Assembly: GCA_035400585.1 (NCBI GenBank)
Contig: DAOMZR010000001.1
Location: 191,347 to 255,346 of the forward strand
Source: a bacterium
GTDB lineage: Bacteria; Patescibacteriota; Patescibacteriia; Patescibacteriales; UBA12465
Length of the DNA stretch: 64,000 nucleotides
Direction of reading: 5' to 3'
The notes under the pieces are model-generated. The model was not told where the DNA came from. It saw nothing but the letters and a program-made list of their open reading frames with translations, and did not search any database. Below are positions 60,916-64,000 of this stretch, in pieces. The translations under genes and the position numbers were made by a program. Numbering within the stretch: position 1 is the first letter of the stretch; every line of letters starts with the position of its first letter.

Positions 60916-61398
60916 TTAGTTTCTTTTTCTGAAAATAAAGAAATTATAAATAATAAAACTTTCTATACCAATAATCACTGTTGCTAAAAATTGAGAAAAA
61001 AGATAATTGATTTCTTTGATGTTAGCAAAAACATGCATCAATTTAACATTCAACAATAAATTAAAAATAGAAAAAAATAAATAAGAAAACAACTGGCGAT
61101 GGACGTAGGCTAAATTATTATTTCTAAAGGTCCAAAATTTATGAACAAAAAAATTAAATAAGAATGATAGAAAAAAAGCCAGAGCTGTCGATGGTAATAA
61201 TTTCTGATTTAAAACATCGTGCAAAAGAAATAAAAAAATCAAATCAAGCAATAAAGTAAAACAACCAGTTATAAAAAACTTAACATAAACTTTTTTTAAA
61301 TTTAGTATTCTGAAAGTGGTTGGAAAATAAGAAAAAATAAAAAATTTGATTTTCTGATACATAAAAAAATTATTTATAAATTTCAGTAATTGCTCCAA
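60916..61398 (-). CDS. GtrA-family membrane protein
   Basis: Four TM helices, with 'FFITGCFTLLLDLIFLFLLH' and 'FLFNFFVHKFWTFR'. The start may be the Met at 61362, which removes the 29-nt overlap. Confidence 0.7.
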   Translation of the reverse strand: MEQLLKFINNFFMYQKIKFFIFSYFPTTFRILNLKKVYVKFFITGCFTLLLDLIFLFLLHDVLNQKLLPSTALAFFLSFLFNFFVHKFWTFRNNNLAYVHRQLFSYLFFSIFNLLLNVKLMHVFANIKEINYLFSQFLATVIIGIESFIIYNFFIFRKRN

Positions 61399-62263
61399 TT
61401 ATTTTTTCAGAATCAAGAAATCGATCTTTGATACTATCTGAATTTAAAACAACGCTTATAAATTCTTTGCCATTTTTGTCAGCAAATTTAAGGGCCAAAC
61501 AATACCCGGCCAAAATATTATAACCCGTTTTGCCTGAAATTATTTGACCATCAATATCAATATCTCTAAAACCCAACAATAATTCATTGGTAGAATTTAT
61601 TTTTTTTATTCGGCCATTTCTGGTTTCAAAACTATACTCGTAGTTTTCGGTTAAATCAGCTATCAAATCGTTTTCCAACGCCTTATTAGCTATAATAGCT
61701 ACTTCTTTGGCGGTCGATACATTACTATTGCTTAAACCGGTTGGATCTTCAAAATAGGTCTTATATAGTTTTAACTCCTTAGCTTTTTCATTCATTTTCG
61801 CGACAAAATCACTTTCACTTAAACCGGCCGAACTAATTAAAGCTATAACAGCAGTATTATCAGAAGCTATTAAGGATAAGGCCAGTAAATCAATGTTTCT
61901 AACCTCCTCTCCAAAAAACAAATAATCTCTACCACCCAAACGACGATCTTCCTTTTTAATTTTATAATAATCATTATAATCTATATCAAGATCCATAAAA
62001 ACCAAGGCTGACATTAACTTACTAATACTAGCAATAGATCTAACTTCATCAGAATTTTTTTCGAAAACAAAAAAATCAGAATCTAAATCAAGAACGGCTG
62101 TTGAAGAAGCTGATAAATCAAGTTCATCAATTTTTTTAGTTTTTTCTAAAAAACCATCAATTTGCCAAACCTTTTTAATCTCACCCTGATTTTCAATAAT
62201 CGGTGAAGAAAAATTACTAAAAAACAGAGAAGTTATAATGTGAAAAACAACAAAAACAAACAT
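61370..62263 (-). CDS. D-alanyl-D-alanine carboxypeptidase (peptidase S11, low-MW PBP)
   Basis: SxxK 'ASISKLM', SxN 'ASDNTA' and KTG 'GKTGY'. Confidence 0.85.
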   Translation of the reverse strand: MFVFVVFHIITSLFFSNFSSPIIENQGEIKKVWQIDGFLEKTKKIDELDLSASSTAVLDLDSDFFVFEKNSDEVRSIASISKLMSALVFMDLDIDYNDYYKIKKEDRRLGGRDYLFFGEEVRNIDLLALSLIASDNTAVIALISSAGLSESDFVAKMNEKAKELKLYKTYFEDPTGLSNSNVSTAKEVAIIANKALENDLIADLTENYEYSFETRNGRIKKINSTNELLLGFRDIDIDGQIISGKTGYNILAGYCLALKFADKNGKEFISVVLNSDSIKDRFLDSEKIIGAITEIYK

Positions 62264-62267
62264 ACGA

Positions 62268-63074
62268 CTATTCTTTTTTTAATTCTTCATCTTCATCTTC
62301 GCTGTCACCCTCATCATCTTCATCATCTTCGTCATTTTCGTCATCTTCATATTCATCTTCTTCATCTTCTTCGTTATCACCCTCTAAATCTTCATTCTCT
62401 TCATTATCAGTTTCATTATTATTTTCTTCTTCATTTTCTGTATCACCATCAATATTCTCATTTTTTTCTTCCTTACCTTCAAAGCCATTTTCAACATTCT
62501 CACTGATTAAATCATTAAGATTTTTATCTTCGGATTTGTTAATGTCACCCAACAACTTATCTATCTCTTCGTTTTTATTAAATTTCTCATAATCAGGCAA
62601 CTCATTTAAACTTGAAATTCCAAGGAATTTAACAAAATCAAGACTAACAGTATAAATATTGTCCTCTATTTCATTTCCCTGTTTTTCCTCAATTAAACCC
62701 CTAATTAATAGGTTTTTTAAGATCAAGCTACAATTTATTCCTCTAATTTTTTCAATGTCTTTTTTCTTTATTGGGCCTCGATAGGCTATTATAGTAAGTG
62801 TTTCTAGGCTGGCCGGGGTTAATTCACCACTAACTTCACTTTGCATAAATTTTTGAACAACTTCAGCGCTTTCTGGAGAGCTAGACATTTGATATTTTTT
62901 AGAATTTTCGATTATCAATATACCACGGTTGCCATTTTTATAATCATTTATTAATTCCCCGATTTCCCTTTCAACATCTTCTGTTTTTATCTCCAAAACA
63001 TCGGCCAATTCTTTTAAAGACAATGGCTTAGGAGAGACAAAAAGTAATGATTCAATAGAGCGCTTAATATTCAT
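62268..63074 (-). CDS. scpB: Segregation and condensation protein B with a ~75-aa poly-acidic C-terminal tail
   Basis: 'IESLLFVSPKPLSLKELADVL' and 'LETLTIIAYRGPIKKKDIEKIRGIN'. The tail is '...EDEEDEYEDDENDEDDEDDEGDSEDEDEE'. Confidence 0.9.
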   Translation of the reverse strand: MNIKRSIESLLFVSPKPLSLKELADVLEIKTEDVEREIGELINDYKNGNRGILIIENSKKYQMSSSPESAEVVQKFMQSEVSGELTPASLETLTIIAYRGPIKKKDIEKIRGINCSLILKNLLIRGLIEEKQGNEIEDNIYTVSLDFVKFLGISSLNELPDYEKFNKNEEIDKLLGDINKSEDKNLNDLISENVENGFEGKEEKNENIDGDTENEEENNNETDNEENEDLEGDNEEDEEDEYEDDENDEDDEDDEGDSEDEDEELKKE

Positions 63075-63097
63075 AAATTTATTTAAATTAATTAAAA

Positions 63098-63847
63098 TTA
63101 CAAAAGATCTTCGTTATTTTCTTCCAAATAAATTTCACTAAACAATTCTACTTGATTAAAAACCAATTCTCTTTGTTTTGATAATTCCAAGACAGCTAAA
63201 AAGTTAACTATTATTTCGGTCTTAGATCTAGCTTCTTGTAAAATTTTAGTAAAATTTATTTTAATTTTCTTATTTATTAAATTTTTAATAAAAGAAATTC
63301 TTTCGTCTATGCTTATTTCTGATTTGATTGTTTCTTCTTCTAACTTTTCTTCTTCGTTTTTATTTCTTTCTAAAACTTTTAAGAAAGAATTATATAAATC
63401 GTCTTTTTTAACATTCTTTGGTGGGAAGAAATAATCGCCCAAGAAAGAAAAACGACGATTGTTCTTATTTATAATTCTAGAAAAAGAAAATTTCTTTTTT
63501 CCAATTATTTTCTGTATCTTGTTGCTTAAATCAACAAAGTCCTTATACATCTTTAATTGCTTTTCCAAGTCTTCAACCTCTTCTTCGTCTTCTGGGCTAA
63601 ACAAATATGGCAATAGAGCTTTTGATTTTAAGTAAATCAATTTGCTGGCCATTAACAAAAAATCAGCCATTCTTTCCGGTAAAATTTCCTGTGAATTTTG
63701 AATATATTCCAAATATTCATCGGCTATTTTAGCCAAGCTGACTGACGTAATATCCAACTCCTCCTTTTCTATAATTCTCAAAAGCAAAGATAATGGTCCC
63801 TGAAATTGATCTATTTTGATATCTATCATAATATTTTCACAAAACAA
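63098..63847 (-). CDS. scpA: Segregation and condensation protein A
   Basis: 'FQGPLSLLLRIIEKEELDITSVSLAKIADEYLEYI' and 'ILAVLELSKQRELVF'-type C-terminus. The likely start is the Met at 63829. Confidence 0.9.
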   Translation of the reverse strand: MFCENIMIDIKIDQFQGPLSLLLRIIEKEELDITSVSLAKIADEYLEYIQNSQEILPERMADFLLMASKLIYLKSKALLPYLFSPEDEEEVEDLEKQLKMYKDFVDLSNKIQKIIGKKKFSFSRIINKNNRRFSFLGDYFFPPKNVKKDDLYNSFLKVLERNKNEEEKLEEETIKSEISIDERISFIKNLINKKIKINFTKILQEARSKTEIIVNFLAVLELSKQRELVFNQVELFSEIYLEENNEDLL

Positions 63848-64000
63848 GCCAAAAATTGGGTATTTTATATTAAAATACCCCTTACTCTATCTATTTTAAC
63901 TGATTTTGAACCTTTTATCAATAGTAAATTAATACATTGAAATACTGAATTTATAGCTAAAAACTTAAATATTTTATCTTTCTTCTAATTAAATTATGGA

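Noticed and set aside
62240-62506. An 88-aa His/Leu-rich plus-strand ORF (…HLHLRCHPHHLHHLRHF…).
   Set aside because: It is the antisense reading of the GAA/GAT-rich tract encoding the ScpB acidic tail, so it is a low-complexity mirror artefact.
63857-63882. The hairpin 'gggtatttta-tat-taaaataccc' just upstream of scpA, considered as a regulatory attenuator.
   Set aside because: It is most simply the terminator of the unseen upstream minus-strand gene beyond the window edge, and there is not enough context to say more.
1-64000. A search by eye for CRISPR arrays, rRNA genes, IS elements with terminal inverted repeats, toxin-antitoxin pairs and known defence systems.
   Set aside because: No regularly spaced intergenic repeats were found. 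No transposase, Cas, restriction or abortive-infection motifs turned up in any ORF. The only repeats found are intragenic (FG-GAP and Kazal-protein duplications) plus the 21-bp tRNA-Gln end duplication.

Overview
This is a 64-kb, AT-rich and very gene-dense window. G+C is roughly 25-38% in coding regions by hand counts. I support about 60 protein genes, mostly on the minus strand, plus 2 tRNAs. I found no rRNA, CRISPR array, IS element or prophage. The core content is housekeeping: serS, lysS, aspS, dnaX, dnaG-rpoD, two greA-family genes, a contiguous uvrB-uvrA-uvrC block, alr, murI, an ftsQ-like gene, scpA-scpB and a Xer-type recombinase. Accessory content includes a cell-surface glycan cluster (flippase, GT4, GT2, O-antigen-ligase-like, TraX-like). 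It also includes a three-gene nucleoside phosphorylase / class II aldolase / MtnA-like isomerase operon. Several genes look typical of CPR/Patescibacteria-like genomes: a pilin-like N-terminus fused to a FISUMP domain, an FG-GAP repeat protein, a coiled-coil M23 peptidase, and a DUF5671-like membrane protein. That lineage assignment is an inference from gene content only. Two loci stand out. (1) At 40915-44764 lies a Bacteroidota-style type IX secretion cargo cassette: a SprB-repeat protein with a type-B C-terminal sorting domain, a PorP/SprF-like protein and a PD40-repeat protein. No other T9SS machinery is present in the window, and the surrounding context would not be expected to have an outer membrane. 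(2) At about 19045-19325 lies a ~180-nt element of ~59% G+C with strong predicted secondary structure and a tRNA-like 3' end. It is bracketed by two bidirectional terminators and by a 21-bp exact duplication of the 3' end of the adjacent tRNA-Gln. Smaller observations: a candidate -1 frameshift site in dnaX, a domain-reduced UvrABC set, a secreted Kazal-domain protein with a near-identical internal duplication, a lysine-rich sigma-70 N-terminus, and a poly-acidic ScpB tail. All coordinates of non-ORF features were hand-indexed and may be off by 1-2 nt.
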